Assembly (NCBI RefSeq): GCF_000150275.1 | Contig: NW_002060945.1 | Span: 1,740,199 to 1,804,198, forward strand | DNA from: Trichoplax adhaerens | Lineage: Eukaryota; Animalia; Placozoa | Direction of reading: 5' to 3' | DNA length: 64,000 bases | Part shown: positions 14,591 to 25,900 of the stretch, in pieces | Position numbering within the stretch: the first letter of the stretch is position 1 | Layout: each line of letters opens with the position of its first letter | The notes under the pieces: generated by a model | Databases searched by the model: none | What the model saw: the letters and a program-made list of their open reading frames with translations, nothing else | Told to the model about the DNA's origin: nothing | Program-made: the position numbers and the translations under genes

Positions 14591-15284
14591 TTCTGTCGAA
14601 AAGCTTCCGTCTTAGAACTGGTGAGAAAAATATCGATAGAGAGGTATTTATACTTTAGGATTTTAGAAGGATCGAATGGAAAAGATGACGGTGGGTATCA
14701 CACTTTAGGTGATAATTTATTACAATCCAATCTAAAAATCGCCATTTATAACTACAGCTATAGCTATTACTGACAAATTAATTTAGAGCTATGTTTTAAC
14801 ACCTTTCCATTGGCTCTGTAGATTACAAGATGTCAATTTCTCTCTCACACTCTTGCAATTCCATCTCCACAGCGCGAGGTGTTGGTCGTTATATTCCTTA
14901 TATTGCTACTGAATAAGTTCTAGCAATAATAATTTTATCGGGAAGATATGGCTGTGTTAAGAAGAGCTAATACGTCAATCGTATAGAGACCCAATACCAT
15001 GGAGCACATGTTTCATTGTAGCATATATCTGGCGAATTAATGATAATTCATTTTCGTAATTCCTGAATCGATCGCGTCATAAAGTCTTAAATCTAGCTTG
15101 TAAAGTAGCATTTAAAATCATTTATACAGTCTATTTATCAGTATATATCCGAATAAATACAACACTGTTGGCAGTTATCAAGCATTTTTTTAAGTATATG
15201 ATACAGCATAAACCGCTGCAGAATAGTCGTTTGCTGACAATTATCATGTGAAAGGATTACTTTCCGCATAGGGCACTTAGAACC

Positions 15285-15680
15285 ATTTCAGGATTGACCA
15301 AGGCTTTGGTTATTATTGATAACTTTTACTGTCTAAATAAAATTTAGCTAAGAGCTTGTAGAGCTTTAATATAACAGAATAAGGATTAAATTTAAATTAA
15401 TTTGAGAGCTGATGCAAAATGACTTCAGGATTAATCAAGGCTATACTACTCATTGCCAGCTGTTATCAAACAACTAAATTCAACATGGAGTTTGTAGAGT
15501 CTTAGTGTAGCAGAATAAAGCTTAAGTTTGGTTGATTTGAGAGCAGATTCAAAGTTGCTTCAGGATTAATCAAGGCTATCCTAATTATTGCAAACTGTTA
15601 ATCACATCACTTAAATTCAATAAAGAGTTTGTTGCGTCTAGAATAGCAGAGGAATGGCTAATATTGATTTAATAAGTGCA
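15285..15680. repeat. Degenerate tandem repeat, ~136-bp unit, ~3 copies
   Basis: Anchor ttcaggatt(a/g)a(t/c)caaggct recurs at ~15287, ~15423 and ~15559, followed by similar aaattcaa..gagtttgt..gtct blocks. Confidence 0.7.
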
Positions 15681-16921
15681 AATGCAAAGCTAGATAATGG
15701 CTTTTGTTGATAGATTTGTAATAAATTATACCGGGAATTAAAATCGATCAGGTAAGAAAGATTAAATACTGTTATCAATTAGGAGTAAAACTATGATACT
15801 TTGCTTGCTAATATTGATGATATGTAACTCTGTTGGCCAAAGGAACATTATGATTCATAGTAATATTCATGGTAACCTTCGCATTGGATAAATATGCCGC
15901 TGTGACTATTAACAGGGCAAGTAGAGATTGCTGAACTTTGAGTGCCATTATTGGTCAAGATGGGTCAAGTTTTAAAATTGACTAAATCTCCATATTTAGA
16001 GTAGTCTTGTTTTCTTGATAGCTAATTATATGCATTCTCAGCTATTTAGTCATTGAAAAATGAATTTACTAATGATCTACGGTATGTTAATACAGTACTA
16101 TTAGATCAATCAATCCTGCATCGATTAATCCCTATTTCCTCATACACCGTGCGTTTTTATTTCCCAGTTTAAATCCAATTTTGCTTTTTAACCAAACGCA
16201 AAAGCATTGATCTTTGGCAGTCATTAGCACATGGATTAGTAAGAGATTTTCATACCAATCACTCGCATCAAAGGAATACCATACGGTCTGCCATAGATGA
16301 TAATTGTCAGCAGGATAATATCCCCATATGTGCCTTTTGCTACCTTGACCTCTATGGTTTTGATATGCTAAAACCTGCGCAGCTGTAGGTTCATGATAGC
16401 CCATGTAAGTGTAGCAAGAGTGTTACTGACTTAATTTCGTTATAAAATTTTTTTAATTTAGCAATCTTTATACGTTATTAGCTCTTGGATACTATCGTCA
16501 AGATCACTGAAATGCTGTGGGAAAGTAGATGTTGTATTTGGTTTTTACTTGCTCCTACATATAATTGATCAAGTTATTGAAATTTCGTAGCAATTATCTT
16601 CAGTAAACTTGAATGCTTTTCATTTTATCGTTGCTAATATCGATCTAATTGCTCATACGTTCACCTAATCTTTCCCCCTAGCATAAATTACAGTTATTCA
16701 ACATTTTTTCCTATTTTCTCACAGTCTAAAGAGATCTTAATTTTATATTTTATCAATCAATGATTTAACTATTAATCGATTTTCTGGATATCTTTCTTAG
16801 CTAAATAAAGTATTTAGTTAATAATTAGAATAGTAAGAGACCTGATCTTATAGTCTTATCGCGTACTTTTAGTTAGATATCAATATTAAAAGGTTTATGT
16901 TAAATCGAGGATGAAAACGTG

Positions 16922-17746
16922 ATGACAACACTGTCTAACGTTAACATTGTCGACTGCAATCTTAGTGTTCCAAGCGTTGAGATTGGCATCGATAAACCCA
17001 AAATTAGGTGGACAGAAAATGTTGCCGGATTACATATTTATATTCCATCTATTTATGCAAAATGTCAGGTTGAGGTTCCATCTTTAGCAGAAGAAGATGA
17101 ATGGACAATTGGTTGGGTGCAAGCGATGACAGCATTTCTAGCTGATAATACTTACGGCCAATCTGGTGTTTCTAGTCGTGAAGTGCCAATGCTTCGCAGT
17201 GGTCAAGTGAATGCCATCAATATTTGCAGTAATAAAGGCGAGCAACCTTGGTTTACTAAAAATGGCAATAAAAAACTAGTTTGTGGTCCAACATCGAGTA
17301 GTACGCTCCTTGAAATTAAATTCTCTGATCAGTTCATCATCGACGTCCCTTGGGATCTGCCCCATTACTGCAAAGAAGCAGCAATGGATGATAATGCTAT
17401 TGATGAGGTCCTTTCAGAACCCTATCTTAGCGGCATTTATCATAACCAATCATTTATTGTATGGTTAGCTGCTCGCAATCAACAATCGAGCCAGTTATTC
17501 CCTCTAGTTACGGTTAAATGGAATTTAATATTTCATTTTGAAGTCTGTCCATTCCAAAGATTAGGTAAAAGGGCTAAGCAAATGCCACCACTCTTTTTGC
17601 AGTCGCCTCAAGTTGCGCAAAATGAAGCTATACCGCAATCGGTGATTACTGGCAGTCTATATAACGAAGCGGTATCAACGGTTTGGAGATCTCAAACCTG
17701 CAACACAGTTATATCTAAACCAAATAGCAAATGCCAAATCATGTAA
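16922..17746 (+). CDS. FAM78: FAM78-family protein, single coding exon
   Basis: 274-aa ORF from ATG 16922. WTIGWVQA..NTYGQSGVSSREVPMLRSGQVNAI..QPW matches the recalled FAM78A/B core (W.VGWIQA...NTYG..G.SSWE.P.L..G...AI...PW). Confidence 0.85.
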   Translation: MTTLSNVNIVDCNLSVPSVEIGIDKPKIRWTENVAGLHIYIPSIYAKCQVEVPSLAEEDEWTIGWVQAMTAFLADNTYGQSGVSSREVPMLRSGQVNAINICSNKGEQPWFTKNGNKKLVCGPTSSSTLLEIKFSDQFIIDVPWDLPHYCKEAAMDDNAIDEVLSEPYLSGIYHNQSFIVWLAARNQQSSQLFPLVTVKWNLIFHFEVCPFQRLGKRAKQMPPLFLQSPQVAQNEAIPQSVITGSLYNEAVSTVWRSQTCNTVISKPNSKCQIM

Positions 17747-18496
17747 TAATCAACCTAGATTGCTATATCAACAAAGGTGGTCCTCTTAAATACGCGTAGG
17801 TATTGGAATAGGCTGAGAATAATTCTGTCTCAGGTTAACAATCGCAGCCTTGATTCCTTGCGGTTAAAATTGATTTTGTATACGGTGAGAATTGGCGTAG
17901 TTTATAGCGTTTGGGTAAGCCTAGAACATCAGGTATCTCTTCTTCGTTTGATGGAATACAAGGCAAGATATTTATGAAGTCTCGACGAAATATGGAAGCA
18001 ATGATTGCTATATGCGTTTCTAAGTAATACATTCGTATATGAGTTTGGCAGCGTTTATTAATCTTTTTCTATGATCGTTTTTGCTTGAAGAGTTTATAAA
18101 CTTGAAAAGTTTTATTACAACTTTAAATGTTGTATGATTATATTAAAGAGTGTAATGTGTACGATTCGATTACGGAAGATTTTTCTGGTCGCAATATAAT
18201 TTGTAGACTCTTAGAAATTGTTTTAATTATTGATTAGAATCAAGTTTCTGTTGTCAACTAATTAAGTAACAATTCGATACAGTAAGTCAGTCTTGCAAAA
18301 CTGTAGCAATATGAAACTAAATACCACCTAATCTGCTACAGCTAAGAGAAAAATGATTAACTTTATCAATATGATTACAATTTATTTTCGACGTCCAAGG
18401 AATATTTTAAAATAGTATACATTAATCTAAGGTTTTTACAACGTACAATAGGACAAATAAAGGGATTAAAACAGCTGTGTTAGTTGGTAAAATGAT

Positions 18497-21400
18497 TTAT
18501 TCAGTTTTTTCTTGCTTTGCAGCGGGTTCCTTTACATATAAATTAATAAAAGAGGTAATTTTTAGCGAGATAGTAATTTCAGATAGATTGCTATATTTCA
18601 GCTGGGATATGCAAGTCGTATTTTGTATTACATTTTAAAAATTTTACATGCAGGGTTTATTACCTCAGTATCATCGTCATTATCATCATTTGTTCGGCCA
18701 CGCTTACCACGGCCTTTACCGAACCTCTTCTTATTTCCGTCCTTTCTAGTATTAACCTTTCGCTTACCTGGCAGTGAATTATATTGAGGTTTTGTAAGCA
18801 AATAAACTTTTCGTGGACACGTCAGTCTTGAAAATGATTACAACTTACGTCGTTTTTCCTTCATTTTTACTCTATCGGCATTGTATTTGATCCAGTATTG
18901 CTTTTCCTCATCATCTATATTAAAAATTGACTGAGTGAGTAGGATTGTCCAAATGTAACTGCTTGAACTATTGTATATTTAATGTCAAATATATGTAGTT
19001 AACTAACCAGCTAAAACTTTTACGGTTGACTCAACGTCACGAATGACTATTTTCCCATCATTTTTTTCTTTAACTTTTTCAATCGCACGTGTGGCGCCAT
19101 CACCTTCCGTGAACCTTATGTAGCCCTAAAGTGTTACATAAAGCATTTGGTGAATTAAATGCTAACAAACGATTGATATCAGCGCACATAGTTACCTCAG
19201 TATCATTTCGGGAAAAATCTACAAAACTAATACTTTCAAATTCTCCAAAGATTTCCTACGCAAAAAATATGCATAGATAATTATAATTTGCAATCAATGA
19301 GCGTATAAATCCTTTCAAGTCATTGGCTACATTGTACGACATACCTTCAGATCTTCACGAGATGTTTGTTCTCCGACGTCCTTGAAATACATAATACAGC
19401 CCTTTTCGTAATCAGGCACTTCTTCCTATTATGCAAAATGCAGCTTTTAATCATTTCGCGCGTACATCCTGCACAATGATGAGAAGACATTATGAAATTA
19501 CCTTTTCTTCTTGATCATCGTTCTCTGCGTCTTCATCGTCAGAGTTGTTCTGTTGTCTAACGGGGAATATTCCAAGATCGTGTAAATTTGACATAAGTAA
19601 CAGCTAGTATCTCTTTTACTACTAACCCTCCAGCAGTAAGACGCTTTGCCAGCTTCGTTTCGGCTCTCTCTTTGCGTTTTTTCTCGTAGTAGTTCTTTCT
19701 AGTAAATGATTGCATCCAGATATTAACATCAGGGCTGTAAAATAGGTAAATCGTAAAGCAGTAACTTTTAGAAATCAATCAAACTTACTGATACAATCTT
19801 TCTAGCTCTGATTCTTGAAATGTAATGTTTTCACCGTTGACAAATTTTACAGCATCTTCTTGCTTGCAGAATTCAACAAAGATTGAGCCCTATCCGATGA
19901 AAGGGAAATTATTGTCAGTACTCGTAAGATTAGTTCCCGTAACATTCTGTTATCAAAGTTAACGCGTTGTCACACCTTAAAGTTCCTGTCCTTGTATCTT
20001 CGCATTCTAATATAATTTACCTGAGATGAAGTAAAAAAGGTAAAAATGATATAAATTTTAAGGAAGATTGGATAAATGATTAATTGTATGTAGTGCTACT
20101 TGTAAATGTCGTATTACTACTTACTTGTCCAAATGTCGTTATGAAATTTTCGATTTGTTCTAATGAGGTTTCTGGAGGAAAACCTTTCTGTAAAATTGAT
20201 TAAAATGCATTATTATGTTGAGTCCAGTTTAAGGTTACCATATTTGATTATGGTCATTGCGGTACCCATATTGTACAACATGACTGGAGAACGAATACAA
20301 TGTAATCTTTACAGAAATGATAATTGTATATGTTACTACCTAAGTAGGTTGTAAAAGTCACAAGTTAATTTATTCCACGCATCATAATACTGACCACGTA
20401 TACAGTACGACTTTTCATATCCACCCGTTTGTCTTCAGTTACAATTTCAATTGGGTTAGCGGCACTACGTTGAAGACTCTGCCCATCTTCACTTATCTGT
20501 TAACAGTGATCGATGTGTTATCAATTACACGCACGGTAGCTACATAGAAATGTTAAAACTACAACAGATTAATCGTATGTCCAATTTATCCGGTATTGGA
20601 AAGGTATAAGTTTGAATAGAAAGTATCACGACAGAAGTTCCATTTAAATCTGAGGACTGCCGACTGTAGTAAGTATAATATTCACATAAGCAAGTCCTAT
20701 TGGTATGTCATTCATTCATGGATAATTATATATAATAGCTATAATTTGCCTAGAACCACAATTTTCTTATACCTCGACGACATTGTTTGTTGATTTCTTC
20801 AAAGCTGCCATAATGACATCTGTATCCGTGGATAATGACTAAATGTTAAAGTTACAGTGGTATATTGCATTAGTCATAATATCATTCATATGATAGTTTA
20901 CTCGACGCGGTATATCCTTGTTAATAAGCTTTTGGCATATCAAAAGATTTCAATTTACAAATTACCTTTAACCTGTTGAAAGTCATTAATACTGACAATG
21001 GTATCCCTATATACGTGCATAGTCATTCTGTTAAGGTGTATCAATAGCGGAGGATTTTTCCATAATTACATCCAATTAATACATTTGGCTCTATTATTGC
21101 TTAGCGATGGTAATCCATAATTATATCATGACTATATTGATCATACAAGTGATTATTTGTAAATTGCAATATCAAAACAGCATGTACATGAGTATGTAAA
21201 AGATACAGCCATTATTTTCAACGATCTTCTCCTGCAGGAAACGATCCCTTGGTAAGTTATGGTCACCAAAGTAGAACTGCATAGGAAGAGCAATAAGCAA
21301 TTAGCACTTGTTTTAGTATTACATATAATAGAAGGTTTAATGAAATGGATATATTCGATTGTTAACGGGCCTGATGAGTTTTATAATAATACTAAAAGCA

Positions 21401-22512
21401 CATCATCGCAATTCAGCTCACTATATGAGTATACATGTGATGATATTGTACGTTCATTGCTATGAGGGAATATTAAAGTGACTAAAGAGACGAGCTGTAT
21501 AAAGGATAATTGATTCATTATCAAGTGCTTGTAACGGATTCAATTAGCGCAGTTATTACACCTATACGAGAATCAAAAAGGCGATGATGGATTATGTAGG
21601 CCAGATATTATCCACGTAATCGTATTAGATTCTATCTGCAGGATTCTATTTGCAGTCAATCTGTTTTTGGTACTATTTCCATAAGTTGAGGCCCAAAGCT
21701 AGTACTGATATTATCCATGTAGTCGTATTAGATTCTATCTACAGGATTCTGTTTGTAGTCAATATGTTTTTGGTACGGTAGTATTTCCGTAAGTTGAGGC
21801 TCCAAGCTAGTGCTGATATTATCCATGTAGTCGTATTAGATTCTATCTACAGGATTCTGTTTGCAGTCAATATGTTTTTGGTACTATTTCCATAAGTTGA
21901 GGCTAAATAAAAGCTAGTACTGCTTTGCCTCGACACTGGTACGGCGGCACATTGTCCATGCAAAGTGTTCTATGAACTATTGAGATATACTATACCACAG
22001 TATTCAACATCAAAAGTAACTTTGTTCGTGCTACTTCAGGAAATGGATAGGAAAGCTAGTACTGCTTGGCCTCTGCAATCGTGGAGGATACTGCACACTG
22101 TGCAGTGTCCATTCAAAGTGTTATCCATTATTTGATACCAAAGGAGTATAGGAGCTCGCTATCCAACGCATGACGAAGAGGAGGAGATTGGTAGGGCCTA
22201 TTGCAAGCCTTCTTACAGGCTAAATTTAATGACCGCCTGTACTACAGAAAGGTTGCAATACAGACAGTCTATCATGGTAATCGTAGACTTGTTAAAGTTC
22301 ATCAATACTGCAGTCCCAGTTATACTCTTCAAGTATATTGAGTTTCAACTATCAGTATAGTAGCCAACATAGAAACTATTCGATGATGTAGGTATCGACG
22401 CAACAATCCAATGACAAGAAGGAATATTGCATCAGCTTGTCAGCAACAACGACATTACCTCAATTTGTTTGATAATTTTCAATTCTAACTCGCTTGGCTC
22501 AGCTTCTGCCAT
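18497..22512 (-). CDS. SSB: La autoantigen (La motif, RRM1, RRM2), ~16 exons
   Basis: Spliced translation MAEAEPSELELKIIKQIE|FYFGDHNLPRDRFLQEK...W|IPLSVLMTFNRLK (La motif); RTVYV|KGFP...FK|GSIFVEF (RRM1); KGCIMYF...SREDLK...GYIRF (RRM2); C-terminal EPAAKQEKTE*, similar to the human La tail. Confidence 0.96.
21007..21206 (-). other. Probable U12-type (minor spliceosome) GT-AG intron in La
   Basis: Donor GTATCTTT at 21206 (U12 consensus RTATCCTTT). Branch-point CCTTAAC at 21036-21030, about 23 nt before the AG. No strong polypyrimidine tract. Confidence 0.6.
21604..21921. repeat. Tandem repeat in La intron 1, 103-108-bp unit, 3 copies
   Basis: Anchor gatattatcc at 21604, 21707 and 21815; the copies are highly similar. 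Confidence 0.93.
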
Positions 22513-22930
22513 GATGATTGATAGTGGTTGATATTGGCTTGTATGGATTGCAAGTGTGATAGTCTATCGGATTCACTGATGATCGTAACTGAATGCGATT
22601 TTGATCAGTAGCAATGGCGTTTTCCCTCTAGTAGCAAGGTTAAAATGAAGATCGGAGTGACAGTTTCGATCGACTCCGACTATCCCCCACATGGTCCATT
22701 GACTGACGGATCGAATTTTACTGGCGCACTTGCGTAGTGAAGGTTCGACCGACTGTATCAGACGGACTATAGACGGACCTTGGATTGGGAAGGGTCGTGA
22801 AATCCGAACTACAGTATGCCATTGTACAATGTGCAGTGTTAAGGTCAAAAAAGTGCTTTGACAGATAGTGTTTGAGTATGTATTTATAGACGGACAGTCA
22901 ACATTTTGTTCATTCAAGGCAAGAACCAAC
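22513..22930. promoter_or_regulatory. Likely bidirectional promoter shared by La (-) and ING (+)
   Basis: The divergent start codons are 418 bp apart. The interval is higher in GC/CpG than its flanks, has ATTGG (reverse CCAAT) near 22783, and repeats GACGGA(C/T). It depends on the ING first-exon call. Confidence 0.55.
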
Positions 22931-25900
22931 ATGGCAGCTCATTCAGGTTAAGTTAATTTTGGATAACAAGGGTGGGCAGGTCTATTTTTGAGTGTATGCT
23001 TGCAGACATACGGTATAATGATTGAAATGACCAGTAAGTCCGCTTCTCACTTTGAAAATGACCATTTCCGGTCGTCTCTTTTACTCCTGCTACGGTCGGT
23101 AATCAGCTAAGGAGGTCAAGATTAACAGACCAGACAGACAGGCCCACATGAAATTCTTGACCATAGACTGTCCTAGTTCGATCAGGAACTTCTAAAACTA
23201 ATACTATTAGTGTTAGAGAAATCTCGGACACTATACAGATTTACTCAGTGTCGACTCAGTGTACTGTATAATAGCAGTCTTGAACTAGCCAGAGACTGTA
23301 GAAAAAAAGGGAGTGGAAAAAACGATTGGATTATGGATTTGAATACTCTTGTTTTCATTGCAAGCTATTGTACTGTAGTGCATCTATGCACTGTTTCTAC
23401 TTTCTTATCGTTCTCTCTGTCTTCTCATGCTGTCCTTCATGTCTTACTGTAGATATCTTTATTTTCTTATTTACTCTGAGTCCTGTAGTAGGGACTACGA
23501 CACTTCATAAAAGAGAAAGACCGGAAATGGTCATTGACTGTAGTAAAAATGCGCAGATCGACTGTTGACAAGTCCGTTCAAGTGTATCGTCGATCTGCAA
23601 TGGTGCACTATACTATCCACGCTAGCCATCCAAATGTGAATGTATCGCTTCTTGCTCGCTCGATTTTGTACTGTAGTCTTCTTTGCCATTCGAGTAGTAT
23701 GTGCTACTCCAGTCAATATACAATTGACTGGAAGTAAAAGGGGAATAAGGAAAGCTTTATTCCTAGTTAGCTAGGGGGAAAAGAAAGAAAGAAAGAAATG
23801 CGAGAGACTGCTTGAACTCTGGACTTGAGCAGCCATTACCTGCCTCACTGCCACTGGTCATTTTCTTTACAGTGTACAGTACTGTAGAAATCAACCCAGG
23901 AAATGGGACAGGTAGTACAGTATAGCGTACCATACAGATAGACGACAAGAGTGAAATGACCCACCCGCAAAAATCGTCGACCTCTTCCCGTTCGACTCCT
24001 CGATTGGACTACTGTACTGTACAGTCCGTACTCTACCGTGTGCATGCACCATTGCACACCATGGCATGGACATGCGCAAAGCTCTCTCGGCTTCTTGGGA
24101 TTCAATGGGACCCACTGACGGACGCTTAAGCTCAATATTCCTTTGGATCTCCATGATCAATGGGAGATGGTGCATGCGTAGACCATGGCATGGACATGCG
24201 CACAGCTTCCTTGGCTTCTTGGGATTCAACGGGATCCGCTGACGAACGCTTTAGCCTAATATTCCTTTGGATCTCCATGATCAATGGGAAATGGTGCGCA
24301 TGCACCATTGCACACCATGACCTGGACATGCGCACAGCTCCCTTGGTTTCTTGGGATTCAACGGGATCCGCTGACGGACGCTTTAGCTCAATATTCCTTT
24401 GGATCTCCATGCTCAATGGGAGATGGTGCGCATGCACCACGACATGGACATGCGCAAAGCTCCCTTGGCTTCTTGGGATTCAACGGGATCCGCTGACGGA
24501 CGCTTCAGCCCAATATTCCTTTGGATCTCTATGATCGATGGGAGATGGTGCGCATGCACCATTGCACACCATGACATGGACATGCGCACAGCTCCCTTGG
24601 CTTCTTGGGATTCAACGGGATCCGCTGACGGACGCTTTAGCTCAATATTCCTTTGGATCTCCATTATCGATTTTGCTGTGGTGTTGAAATTGGCTGGCCA
24701 GCTCCTGTTGCAAGTGCTGGTGGCGATCATGGTTCAGTAGTATGTGTGCTGCAATTTATGTCGACAACTATTTAGAAGGTATGTCAACTTGTTGGTATCA
24801 ATAATGAAGCAGATAGAACCCGTTGGAATGGCAAGAATTGCCATTTTGTATGCTACCTCTCCAACCCTAGACTGTATTGTCGCATAGAATATCATGTCAA
24901 CGGCGGATCTACGGTCTATTTCTATACCCAAATCTCAGTAATCGCGCAAATACTTGGTGTCTATGGATACCTTCCATACTCTCCTTCGTCTACAAGTCCT
25001 TGTCGATGGCTATTTTTTTTTCCCCTCAATGCAATATCACCTAATTGTAGAGATATTCTTAACCCTTGATTGGATCAAGTTGTCCTTTTCTACTCCTTGT
25101 ACAGGTATCCAAAGGCAAGGTAGTGGACGCTCAAGTCAGTACCGTCGTAGCCATGAAATGATAGTAGTTTAGGACAGCAGTCAACAACAAAGTCCTCTAC
25201 CTCATGTCAACTTCTTCTATACTATTCTCTTCTTAGGCCAAGGGTATAGTAACTTGTTCTTTTCTTCCAAGATGGCCCATTCAATCCGATTAGTCCTTCA
25301 TTTACTTGTAAAAAAGGAGGGAATTTATGTTACTTTACGGGGGGAGCTAGTAAGATGGAAGAGACTGTTGTATGGCGATTTTGTTGATGGTAGTCGTATA
25401 CCTAGTGTGAATCTTCTTCTCCGACAAGATTCCCATGCAAGCCCAGTAGAAGCTTGTTATTTTGCTCCAATATGGCCATTCAATCCAATCAATCCTGCAT
25501 TTTCTTCTCAAAGAGGAGTGGATTCATCATTCTTTACGTGTCGTAAAATTGACAATTCCATGATAGTCCTCCACCTAGTGGCAACCTTCTTCGACAATAT
25601 TCTCATCTCGGTCCAATATTGGAACTTGTTACAATGGGGCTATTCAAAGAGTTCATTTCCTTGTAAAAGTAGCAGTAATTCATGTTTCTTTACTCTATAC
25701 GTAGTAAAGTGCAATTGAATTGTTATGCTATGGCCTTATAGATGGTGCATCTTGTCTATTTTACTTCTTTTTCTCTCTCTTCCGCTTTGCTTGTATTAAC
25801 TGTAAAAAAACAACAACAAAAAGATTGCAATAGACGATCAGTCGCTTACACAAGTAAGGAGGGAAAGGTGTTACTGATGTATGCCTGTACTAGCTTTGCC

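Noticed and set aside
14631-14638. TATCGATA (DRE-like) site upstream of the receptor gene
   Set aside because: The word is common throughout this AT-rich window, so it is uninformative alone.
16132-16404. 90-aa minus-strand ORF
   Set aside because: No recognisable homology. The segment has + strand AG/GTAAGT borders and is more likely a 5' UTR exon of FAM78.
24038-24670. CRISPR-like array
   Set aside because: Whole units repeat with no unique spacers, there are no cas genes, and the context is a eukaryotic intron.
23845-24740. Overlapping repetitive ORFs on both strands, including an HVH string suggestive of an HUH/Helitron Rep motif
   Set aside because: Products of the 122-132-bp minisatellite. 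Frames shift between units, the HVH frame has stops, and no other Rep or helicase motifs are present.
25254-25718. 154-aa + strand ORF in ING intron 1 as a transposase or RT remnant
   Set aside because: TTG start, no DDE or RT motifs on either strand, and it overlaps decayed tandem repeats.
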